Of a stretch of DNA of 64,000 bases, positions 38,935-50,210 are shown in pieces; position 1 is the first letter of the stretch; each line of letters opens with the position of its first letter. The notes beneath the pieces were generated by a model. The model saw only the letters and a list, made by a program, of their open reading frames with translations, searched no databases and was not told where the DNA came from. The position numbers were made by a program, and so were the translations under genes. Source of the stretch: Takakia lepidozioides (Eukaryota; Plantae; Bryophyta); the NCBI GenBank assembly GCA_030704615.1, contig CM060733.1, positions 12,586,001-12,650,000 of the forward strand. The letters are read 5' to 3'.

Positions 38935-40328
38935 AGTTACTGAAACTTATGGAGCTGCGGAAGGGATAGTCAGTATTGCACTGTTAACAGAGTTCTTGAT
39001 TCTAATAGCACTAGAACATACTAGCTACAACAATTCAGCCCATGTGTGGGCTTGCTTGTTTTGGCTGGGCCTTTTGAGGCATGGATTTTTTGACCTTGTG
39101 GCTTTTGAGGTGTCCATTGGGATATTGGTCTCATTTGGATTTTTGTAATGTGATTTATAGGGCTTGTATTGCCCTGTAGTTGACTATTTCATTCTCCTTG
39201 TGGTTGATAGTATGCAGGAGGGATCCATTCTGTTTTCATGTTGGAATTTCACCATGTAATGAAGATTTTAAATCATTTAATTCACTTTCATTTAAATAAT
39301 AATATTAAAAAAATACCATTAAAAAAAATCCAAGGCTGCAATCTCCCTGTTCTTTTAAATATTAATTGAAAACTAAAAATTAAAATATGAACATTAAAAA
39401 TATAAATTATTTCGGAAAACAATCTTGATGACACGTGGCATCACTCTTGCTCAAACCAGAACACGTGGCAGTATATGACACGACATTCTTTATCCATATT
39501 TTCACAACGTGTAAAGATCCGTAGTCATATATGCTAGTCATATATTTTGTCTGTGTGCCACATGTCACATCTCAAGTGCAACAGGTGTCCCGCTAACAAC
39601 TCTCCATGTAGACATCCCTATAGTCATATGAGCGAGTCATGTAGTCACCACGTGTGTGAAATCTGCCATAGCACATGTGTCTCGCTAGCGCCTCTCCATG
39701 TAGGCATCACTGTGCAGACATGTAGTCATATGATCATGGCAAGAAGTCGTGACATGTCAAATTCGCAGTGGCGCACGTGTCCATCCGTCCCCTCTCCATG
39801 TAGGCATCACTTTGCAAACATATAGTCATATGATCCCCTGACGAATGCATGACGTGTCGCTTGCGCAGTGGCGCACGTGTCCCGCTGAAGCCTCTCCATG
39901 TAGGCAGCGCTCAACAGACAATGTAGTCATATATTAGTCATATAGTTGTGACTGCAACCCTATCTGCAGCAGGACTCCAGGTGCCACGCAAGCAGTCATG
40001 GATATGACTTGCAAAACGCAGTCCTAAAGACTAGTCGCTATGACAGGGGTTTTTTCACTACAGAGTGATGTAATCATGAACGCATATAAGACTGAAAAAA
40101 TAGTCATATGTGAAGTCATAAAAACGCTCATCTGTTGTAGTGTTACATCTGCGGAAAGCTCAAAGAGGTTATGATACAAAATGAAAAAAACCAAAGTAAA
40201 AAAGCAGCCCAAAGCTACTACTGCTCTGGGGATTGCCTAAGGGTCAAGGCCTCATGTAGGTAAGCTGCCAAGGAATTGTGATCCTTATAATGCAAGGCTC
40301 AATGACAGATTGAGTCCCACGGAATAGA

Positions 40329-43300
40329 TCATCTACCCATGTAGGTTTCTTGTAGCTATTGATCCACAGGGAATCATATGTAATCTTGTGCTTGAAATCT
40401 GGCCCTCTTGGATGAATCTGGACCCACACTCTCTTTGCTCCTTCAGCTACACATGCCTCTGCACAAATCATGCATTCATCCTTGCCTCGCTGCTAGTAGC
40501 TGACAATGACAGCCTAGATTTATTCTAGGAAACATCCAACTCAGCTTCTCACACTAGTTCTGATGCTGAATGCGTCTGCTAGTCTATGAAATGTAACAGG
40601 CATTCACCTTTTTGCCTTGGTTGTCCCATCATTGACTAGGGCATAATAGTATTCATTCCACAACTTCTCCTCATTTCTGTTACTTGTTTTTTGATACTTT
40701 CATGTTGTCACATTGGCAGTATCATGTCAAAGTCACTCCAAACTAGATTCACTCAACCAGCTAACTTGCAGAATTCAACATGGAAATTTAGGGCCGATTC
40801 TGATTAGAGGGAAAAACAAGGTGAAATATGTTGAATAAGATGTCTTCATTAGCAGTGGCTGAGTTTATAAATTGTGCCGCTGCTGCTAGTTGACCATCTA
40901 CCCACCTATGCAGGTTTGTTGTAGCTATAGAATCAATCTGGAGCTTGAAGCCCGGCCCACTTGGGTGAATCTGCACCCACACTCTATCCCTACTCCTTCA
41001 ACTATCTATGCCTCTGCACAATTCATGCATATATCATTGTCTTGCTGCTAGCAGCTGATGATGACAGCCTAGATTTGTTCTTACACCCCAACCCTATTTG
41101 GAAAAACAGCTGAAATGTGTTGAGGAAGGTACCTTCATTAGCAGTACCTCATTCTATCAATTGTGCTGCCGCTACTGTTTCCACTTGCAACAATTGACCA
41201 TCTACTCCAGCTGATTTCTTTTAGCTATTGATCCCTCAGCCTGAACCTGAACATGAATCTGGACCTCTATCCCTGGTCCCTCAGCTATCCCTGCCCGTGT
41301 ACAGATCATGAATACATCCCTCAACCTTGCTTCTAGCAGTTGACAGTGACGGCATGAAGTTCTTCCAGAAAACACCCCAACCTAGGACTTAACAGTAGTT
41401 CCAATTCTGAATTGAAACTACTTCTCTCTGTAGTCGAACAAGCACTCACCTTTTTGTCTCCATTGTCCCCCCACTGACTGGGGTCGGAAAGTGTTCATCC
41501 CAAAGCTTCTCTTCATCTTGTTATCTATTTTTGGGTACTTTCCTGCTGCCACATCAGCAGTAACTTGTCAAAGTCACTCCAAACCACCCCACATCCACCC
41601 AACGAGCTAACTTACAGCATTCAATATGTAAATTCAGGGCTAGGTTTGATGAGAGGGAAAAATAGGGCTGAAATAGGTCAAAGAAGAAGGTGCCCTCACC
41701 ACATTGTCCTCGACCTTGTGTCATGACCCATGGAGGATTTGACTGACCATGCACCCAAGAGGACCTCTTGTGTGTGCGAGGAGGGTGCTGCTTCCACAAG
41801 GAATTGTAGGCGATCTGGAGCTTGAAATTCGGCCCTCTTGGATGAATCTGGACCCACACTGCTCCCTGCTCCTTCAGCTATCCATGCCTCTGCACAAATC
41901 ATGCATACATCCTTGCCTTGATGCTAGCAGCTGACAATAACACTCTAGAATTGTTCGAGCAAACACCCCAACCCTACTTCTCACACTAGTTCCTATGTTG
42001 ACTTGCATCTGCTTCCAACAGGCATTCACCTTTTTGCCTAGATTGTTCCACCATTGACTGGGGTCGGAACCGTATTCATTCCAGAGCTTCTCCACATCTT
42101 TATTATCTGTTTTTCGATACTTTCTTATCGACCACATTGGCAGTAACATGTCAAAATCACTCCAACACCACCATAGATCCACTAACGAGCTAACTTGTAG
42201 AATTCAACATGAAAATTTAGGGACGACTCTGATAGCAGGGGAAAACAGGGTGAAATATGTTGAAGAAGGTACCTTCATTAGCAGTGGGCCTTGTTCTATC
42301 AATTGTGCTGCTTTCATTGCTGTTTCCAGTTGACCATCTACCCAGTTGTAGCCGTTGTGCTATTGAAGAAGGTTCCACCCCTTCCCCCATCATTTGATCA
42401 TAGGTCTCCAAAGCCTCCATACCATGTCCCTGCTCTGCATACCCTACAAGCATCGCGTTCCATGACACCACATTTGGTTCAGTCATAGTGTTCAAAACTC
42501 CCTTTGCATCCAAAGCTGCCAGGGCAGTGTTCAGATTGACATTTGGCACAATTCCAGCTTTGATGATATCCCCATGCACCTCTTGATCTTCTCCAGGCCG
42601 GCTACCAGGCTTGCACAAGCATTGCAAATGCACACAAACATGTTGTGCTTCCCCCATCATTTGCTCATAGCTCTCCAAAGCCTCCATCCCACTTTCTGCC
42701 GTGCATACACTACAAGCATCGCACTCCACGACACCACATCTCGTTCAACCATAGTGTCAAACACTCCCTTTGCATCCTAGATGCACCCACATTTTGCAAA
42801 CATGTTCACCAGGGTATTGTTTAGGATGACATCTGGTACAATTCCAACTTTGAAGATGTCGCCTTGGACCTATTTCCCCTTTTCCAAAGCTGCTAGGGCA
42901 ATGTTCAGATTGACATTTGGCACAATTCCAGCTTTGATGATATCCCCATGCACCTCTTGCCCTTCTCCAGGCCGGCTACCAGGCTTGCACAAGCATTGCA
43001 AATGCACACAAACATGATGTGCTTCCCCCATCCTTTGCTCATAGGTCTCCAAAGCCTCCATCCCACGTCCCTGCCGTGTATACCTTGCAAGCATCGCACT
43101 CCACAACACCACATCTCGTTCAGCCATAGTGTCAAACACTCCCTTTGCATCCTAGATCCTAGATCCCTTTGCACCCACATTTTGCAAACATGTCCACCGG
43201 GGTATGGTTCAGAATGACATTTGGTACAATTCCAGCTCTGAAGATGTCGCTATGGACCTCTTTCCCCTTTTTCCAGAGCTGCCAGGGCAGTGTTCATAAT

Positions 43301-44372
43301 GACATTTGGTACAATTCCAGCTTTGATGATACCCCATGCACCTCTTTGCCCTCGTCCAGGCTCGATGCACCCTGCACATTTCGCATACATGTCCACCAGG
43401 GTATGGTTCAGACTGACATTTGGTACAATTCCAGCTCTGAAGATGTCGCCATGGACCTCTTTCCCCTTTTCCAGAGCTGCTAGGGCAGTGTTCAAAATGA
43501 CATTTGGTACAATTCCAGCTTTGATGATATCCCCATGCACCTCTTTGCCCTTGTCCAGGGCTACCAGGCTTGCACAAGCATTGCAAATGCACACAAAGTG
43601 ACCGGGCTTCACCCCCTCCCCCATCATTGAATCATAGGTCTCCAAAGCCTCCATCCCACATCCCTGTTGTGCATTATATTCCACGTGATCAAAGATCGTT
43701 GAGGCATTCTGTGTTCAATACTTGGTGATCATCCATGATGCTCCCCTTAACATACATGTTGACAAGGTTGTTGAGTAGAAAAACGTTTGGCGTGAATCCA
43801 CTTTGGACAATGTGAGTGTGCACCTGCTTTCCAACTTCTAGGCCTTTCATCTTGATGCACTTATGCAAGAGAGACACATACGTATCTACATATGCTGAAA
43901 TGCCTCTTTGGTTTAAAATCTGTAGAGCCTCTTTCAGTCTGCCTGCCTCATAAAGCATCTTCACATGCCCATAAGTGCCAGAAGAGGCATTGTGGGCTCC
44001 TTCTCTTGATCCTCTTCCAGAAGCTGTGATCATGGTTGAGGTGCCTGATTTTATCAACTGTGCCGCTACAACTGCCGCTTCCAGCTAACCATCTACCCAT
44101 GGAGGTTTCTTGTAGCTATCCTTCCACAAGGATTCATAGGTAATCTGGAGCTTGAAATCCGACCCTCTTGGATGAATATGGACCCACACTCTATCCTGCT
44201 CCTACAGCTATCACTGCCTCTGCACAAATCATGCATACATCCTTGCCTTGTTGCCAATGCGATCATCGCACTCCATGACACCACATCTCGTTGAGCCACA
44301 GTCAAACACTACCTTCGCATCTTCAATGCTCCCGCATTCAGCATACATGTCCACCAGGGCGGTGTTCAGAAC
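40329..44372 (-). pseudogene. Large scrambled PDF-motif + PLS-PPR pseudogene array
   Basis: 40329-42350 holds tandem two-exon PDF units. 42370-43680 holds duplicated PLS-PPR pieces. 43689-44177 is a PDF exon in frame with the start of the PPR array, broken by one TAG at 44085-87. Confidence 0.85.
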
Positions 44373-45480
44373 GACAAACCCTACAAGCTGGACCATGGAC
44401 CTTTCATGTCACTTCCACGTGGAGGCAATACATATTAAAATATCTATTCCCCCAAGGCCTCATTTTCTTTACCTGTTTTTGTGAAATATTCGTCAGCAAA
44501 TGTGGCCCTGAATCACAGGTGCAATCAATGCGCAGTGGTTCATGGAGTCGTTGAGTCGCTACATATTTATTTTAATGAATAAATATCTTTATTCCATTAA
44601 TCAAATTATGAATGAAAATTTCTAGTCGCATGTGTAGTAATTAGAACCACTTATAATTTCCGTTTTTTCAAATTTTATGTATTTACGTAATTAATTAAAT
44701 AGCCCGGACTTTTGCTACGACTCCGGAGTCGTTGACCCCACTTCTGCCCGCCGTCTGAAATGCCCCCATGGGCCCACATTGCCTGTTTCGACTCTCCAGT
44801 AGTCCCGCTTACTGCCAAGTGGTTCAGGAGTGGTTGGCGGACACCTAGTCGATTCGGAAAAGACACGAATGCTTCTAGTGCCGTGAGCTCCTGTGTTACC
44901 CCCAATGCAGCGATACAAGCTCCCCAAGAATATCATGATCCTAGAATTGGGAGGGAGTTGAATCCCCCGATCTGCCCATTGTGTAGACAGTCCCCCCCCC
45001 AAGCAGCAAGCATCACCCCCAAAAGCATAACCACTACCATGTTTGCTACACTATTGCCCCCCCCCCCCCCCCCTTCCCCAAAAGTGTGAAACCACCCAAA
45101 CACAACGCTCATATGCCAATACACCCAGACCCCCATCACCTCCACAGCCCCTCAACCAGCAGCAGCAGATCGACATGACCCCCACAGCCTGTGAACCATC
45201 AGCAACACACCCCCACATGACCAACATTGCCCATGAACCAACAGCAGCACACCCCCATGACCCCAGAAGCCTCCACTGCCCATCAACCAACACCAGCACA
45301 CCCCCAGTACTACAACCACCACAAATCAGCGAGAAACACACCCCACGCCCCATGCACACACGCCATCCACAGCCAACGTTAGCATACCTGCAATGCAATC
45401 CAACACAACAGTGAACCCCCATCCACACAACCAATGCACACACACAAAGAAGAAGTAACCACTGAAAGGCCTAGCTGCAG

Positions 45481-47782
45481 TCACCTCATGGTATGTCGGT
45501 GTGCCTCATTCCAACACGGCCGAAGGCACAATTGGCTGCTATCACAGCCAGGGCAGTAATAGTGAGTACAAATGTGACACACAACACACAATCGCCGCCT
45601 TGTCATGTGATGCACAAACGTGCATTCCACATCCCTAGTGGTGTCCATGTTGTCAGTGCAGCAGCCCGCTGTCAATCCGTATGCCAAAGCCAGATTGAAT
45701 TTGAGATGTGTTATGACCCGACGCCCCATCCTTCTCTCCATTGCAGAATGCAATATGTACGCATTCACCATTGTGGTATCCAAAAAAAAAAAAAAAAAAA
45801 CACGATGCCACCACTTCTTTGTGCGTAGCTGCAAGCTATACGCACCCTCAGCTGGTCCTGCACATCTACTCCTCGCATATACATTTGGTATTGCACGTGA
45901 GTAGGCACGGATGGCACAGACACTCTTTGGTTTCCCACAAAATGGCGTACAGTCACAAGAGAAGAAGGGTTGCATGCAGGCCTGGCTGCAGATGAAAAGA
46001 CCCCCTTCTTGTCTCACCATAACATAGCAGCCACCTCCCTTGAATGATGCATCCTATACCATGACTGCCCTTGCTTGGCAGTCTTGGATTTCTTCATTTT
46101 CAGCAAAGAGGGAGGGAGACCCATTCGGTTCAATCTAACTGTGCTAGTGGCCCAAGTGCCAAGCTTCGCCAAGTCATACAAAAGCTAGATAGAGGTAAAG
46201 TAATTGTCAGTGACAATGACATGGCCCAAACCATGCAGCCCTTCAGTCAGCCGGCAAACAACATCGTACCCTTCTCCCTTCCCACTTTTCTGCCTCTGGC
46301 CCTCCTGCATTCTTACCAGAGTAAAAACAGAAATTGTAGACATATGAAGTCTTCGAGTCAGCAGTGGCCCACACCTTTATGCCCCACTTGCATGTTTTCT
46401 TAGGCATATACATCCTAATTGGACAGTACCTCCCCTTGTAACGAATCATGACCTCATCAACTGTCACCATTTTGTTCAGATTCCAGAGGCTTTGACACCT
46501 ATCAACAATCTCATCACACACCCACCTTAGCTTTCCAAGCTTGTCGTAATTGTGACTCTTCCGATCCGCCACCAAAGGCGTCGTCAACAAGATGCAAACA
46601 GCGGAGGATGGCCTCGTACCTATCTCTCGTCATCACTTTGCGGATGACAGGACAAGAGAAGAATTGCTTCGAATGTTGCCAGTTTAAGCGAGTTCGGGGC
46701 AACTTCTTCATGCCCATGAAGACACAAATGCCAATCCAAGCCCTCAACTCACAAACAGTGAGCTCTTTCCACTTAGGCCCCCCCACGAGTGCCTGCACCC
46801 AAAGCCTCACATGCATAACGATTGGACTCCCTACATATCCGTGCAAGCACATGTTGTCTCCAAAACAAACGAAAGAACCAAACAAGATGTAAGCCCTTCA
46901 TATCTGGCAGGCAGGGACCAGGTACAGGGCTAGTAAAAGTACCTCTATCAGTTGCAAACTCAGAGCCAACATTGGACTCCCAAGTCGCAAGCTTGAACAT
47001 CTTGACAAAATCGGCGGTTGGCTCCTCATCGCACTCCATGTCAACCCCATCATTCTCCCAGTTGCATTCATCGGCAGAGTCCCCCATGTAGCCATCGTCA
47101 CCCTCAAAATCCTCGTCCATGTCCGACGAGGCCTCATCATGCCCAAAACTCCCATTAGAAGACCCCTCCCAAAATTCACAGTACCCCCAGCACCCCCAGT
47201 ATTGGGATGCAACTCCCCCAAAGCCACCCGACCCACAGCCACCATCCTCCCCGGACTCAGAGACCCGCCAACACACCCTACATTCATCGGCAGACCACCA
47301 GCCTCTCCCCCAATCCCAGAATTCACTCCATGACTAATTTTTTTTCCAGACGACACCCTTGGGAGGTGTTGTCACACTTGCAGGAAGAGACCTCTTTGCA
47401 CGAGCGAAAACCTTCAGACGACTGATTGTTGGCATCGGGCCAGATATCTTCTCTCAACACAGAATTCACAGCCTCATTAAAACGGTCATTGTCACCCTCC
47501 TCTCTTCTCTCTCTCCAACCTAGAACAAGAGCAACTTGACGTCTAAACAGGAAACGAAAAGTTGTGAGGGTGAGGGTGGCGAGGGCAGCGATTGGCACCT
47601 GGCGGGGGAGGCAAGTTTAACAGGAAATCAGGAGAAAGGCAGCCCAAGATTATCTTGCACTGCTCCTCAGTGCAATGTTGTTCCTGCATCGCCCATTTTC
47701 TTATAACATGGGCTGTAGCTGCATGCTCGGGTGGAGGAGGTGGTGGCTCAGGTGCAGCAAGGGCCTTGCGCTTAGGCGCCAT
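45481..47782 (-). pseudogene. piggyBac (PGBD/DDE_Tnp_1_7) transposase, frameshifted
   Basis: WKELTVCELRAWIGICVFMG..P....W, VMTRDRYEAILRCLHL, DKLGKLR, VTVDEVMIRYKGR..MYMPKK..KWGIKVW, YQMYMRGVDVQDQL, RTKKWWHRVFFFFFLDTTMVNAYIL, and C-terminal CRD CVVC..YYCPGC..LCLRPCWNEAH. Confidence 0.9.
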
Positions 47783-48817
47783 TGATTCTCTACCACCCAG
47801 ACAGCTCACCCCAATCACTACAAGCCTACGTACAGAACAAAAAAACAAATCCCCAAATCTGATGCCCACATCAAGAAACACAAAACCCAAGCATTACCAT
47901 CCCTGACGGCAAGGCTATAGGATCTAATCATTTGGCATGCAGAACCCTAGCACTAGCTGAATGCAGCATAAGCAAGAGGTGTAAAGAGAAAAGCGCAAAG
48001 GAGGAAAAAGGGCGAGCTTGTACCTAAGGCGAACAGACGGCTGCGCACTGAATTCGTGGCTGCGCAACCCTTCTCGCACCTCGTAAATGCAAGTGAAGCA
48101 ATAGATGTAAACGCAGTGGCCAGCTCTAAAGACAAATAAGAGCTCCGCAGCGCAAAACGGAATAGCGGCCCGCACTCACCCACATCACAAAGAGCCCAAA
48201 TAAGCGCACAAAGAAAACAATCAAGCGCATGCAAGGCTAAATATGATCGACACAGGACGGAAGAAGGAGTGTAAAAGGCCGATTTGCACACAAAAAACTG
48301 CGAGCCCTCGACATGCACAAACGAGAGGGAACGAAGGACGCGAAGTGCCCGTCCCTGCCACCTCCCGCCACCCTTCGCGCGTGCCGGGGGGAGATGTGGC
48401 TGTCCGCACGGGCGGACATGCAGCACCCGGTGGCACCCATCGCCGCCGAAGGCATGAACCCCACCCCATCCAGCCGGCCACAGGTCAACCATGCTGGAGG
48501 GCCCCAAATCACTGATTTTTGGGTACCCCCACGCTTTCCAAAAAATCCTGCAGGCTGTCCTTTAGGATTTTTGGGGTGCCATCAACACAAGGGGGCATAG
48601 AATTTAATTTCCTACAATTTTCATTCAGAGCTTGAATTCATCCGAATTCATCTCGATGATTTTCATCCAAGCGAAATTTTCCGGCGACCTGATTCAGGTC
48701 GCCTCGTCCATTAGGGGTTAAGTTTTGGGGGAGGGACACCTTCCAAATGAACATGTACCATAAGGCAATGGCACTTCTACTCTTGAGATCCACATATTGG
48801 GACTGAAACCACCCAGG

Positions 48818-49700
48818 CCTGCAATGCATACAAACATAATGTGGCCGGGCTGGACCCCTTCCCCCATCATTTGCTCGTAGGTCTCCAAAGCCTCCATCCC
48901 ACGTCCCTGTTGTGCATACCCTGCAAGCATCGCACTCCATGACACCACATCTCATTCAGCCATAGTGTTGAACACTCCCTTTGCATCCCCGATGCACCCA
49001 CATTTTGCATACATGTCCACTAGGGTATTGTTCAGAATGACATTTGGTACAATTCCAGCTCTGAAGATGTCACCACGGACCTCCTTCCCCTTTTCCAGAG
49101 CTGCCAGGGCAGTGTTTAGAATGACATTAGGTACAATTCCAGCTTTGATGATATCCCCATGCACCTCTTTGCCCTTCTCAAGGGTTGCCAGGCTTGCACA
49201 AGCATTGCAATGCACACAAACATGATGTGAGAGGGCAAAACAGGTTGAAATAGGTCAAAGAAGAAGATGCCCTCACCACATTGTCCTTGAGGTTGTGTCA
49301 TGACTTGACCGACCATCAACCCAAAATGACCTCTTGTGTGTGCTGCTTGTGTCTGTAGTCAGGTAATGTCGGATTGGTCTGTGAGATCGAACCACCACGG
49401 TGTAGCTGAGTAGGCAGAGATTGAAACACGGCCTGCTATGACCAAGCTAACTCTCCCAAGAACGGCAAGCTCGCAAGAATGTTGCGAGCTTCTCCTCGTC
49501 TCATCTCCTCCTCCTCTCCTCCTTCTTGCATCATTTGCTCAACGCCTCCATCCCACGCCCCTGCATATCCTGCGATCATTGCGTTCCATCCCTCAGCTAC
49601 ATGGTGTGGCACAGGGAGACAAAAAAAAACGCCAAGTCCCAGCCCTCCTCTGTGTTCACGATTACCCTAATGGGCAACCTTATTAGCAACTTTTTGACTT
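48818..49700 (-). pseudogene. 5' part of the PDF-PPR gene plus PPR pieces
   Basis: MRRGEARNILASLPFLGELAW..WWFDL..TNPTLPDYRHK..QEVI (degenerate first PDF motif), followed by PLS-PPR text at 48818-49225. Confidence 0.8.
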
Positions 49701-49814
49701 TTTAATCTTTTGCACTTTGATTCATTCTAGGTCAGAGGCTAAAGTCCTGCTACCAGACTTGTCTAGAAAACCAAAACACCACGTATACAAACATTTGATA
49801 ATGGTAATAAAAAA

Positions 49815-50210
49815 TATTGGCCAAGGCAACATGACCAAGGCAGCATGCTTCTGAGCAAACCTTTAGGATTTGCTGCCGGCCTCATTCATGATTCAATCAC
49901 TGCAATGACAGGGGAGGCTTATGCCTCTATTATGGATTGGGTAGAGTTGCACAAGTTAGGATCCAAAGTTCACATGAGTATCCCTTCTTCGAAATATGGC
50001 CGTGACCTACTTTCTTCGAGCTCGAGATGGTTCCCAATATTAGAGCTTGACTATGGCTGGGGTGGACCCTTCTATGCTGTGAGGAAGAGCGAGCTACTAG
50101 TCCAGCTCTCAATGGAAAGTTCTTTATGCAGCCCAGCGCATCTGCTTCTGAGAATGTGATGATCTCTCTACATCTCCCAACAAATGTCATGGAAGCTCTC
50201 GAAGCTGATC
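49815..50210 (+). pseudogene. BAHD acyltransferase C-terminal fragment
   Basis: LLSKPLGFAAGLIHDSI..SIMDWVE..SSRWFPILELDYGWGGP (DFGWG motif). No N-terminal HxxxD half seen; frameshift after the motif. Confidence 0.75.

Larger units (their letters stand above)
28399..40142. mobile_element. Full-length CACTA (En/Spm) transposon, 11.7 kb
   Basis: TIRs CACTACAAGAGATGAGCGTTTTTA and (rc) CACTACAACAGATGAGCGTTTTTA. 3-bp TSD TTA at 28396-98 and 40143-45. ATGACT subterminal repeats; TnpD and TnpA coding remnants inside. Confidence 0.95.
28355..40328 (-). mobile_element. LINE 3' fragment split by the CACTA insertion (28355-28398 + 40143-40328)
   Basis: Joining the flanks gives (GAAAT)nGGTACTTCATTACATCTGCGGAAAGCTCAAAGAG..., colinear with the copy at 13680-13915. 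Confidence 0.85.
26910..48717 (-). mobile_element. piggyBac-family element ends enclosing 21.8 kb (composite or two related ends)
   Basis: TTAA(26906-09)+CCCCTAATGGACGAGGC at the left; GCCTCGTCCATTAGGGG(48701-17)+TTAA(48718-21) at the right. This is a perfect 17-bp TIR with TTAA on both sides, and a piggyBac transposase lies next to the right end. Confidence 0.7.

Noticed and set aside
44085-44087. TAG in the PDF-PPR frame repaired by U-to-C RNA editing
   Set aside because: Such editing is organellar and this is nuclear DNA. The exon's acceptor is also mutated (CAT) and the downstream frame is broken, so the copy is a pseudogene.
45043-45480. Pro/His/Thr-rich ORFs
   Set aside because: Products of CA-rich low-complexity sequence in the piggyBac 3' region.
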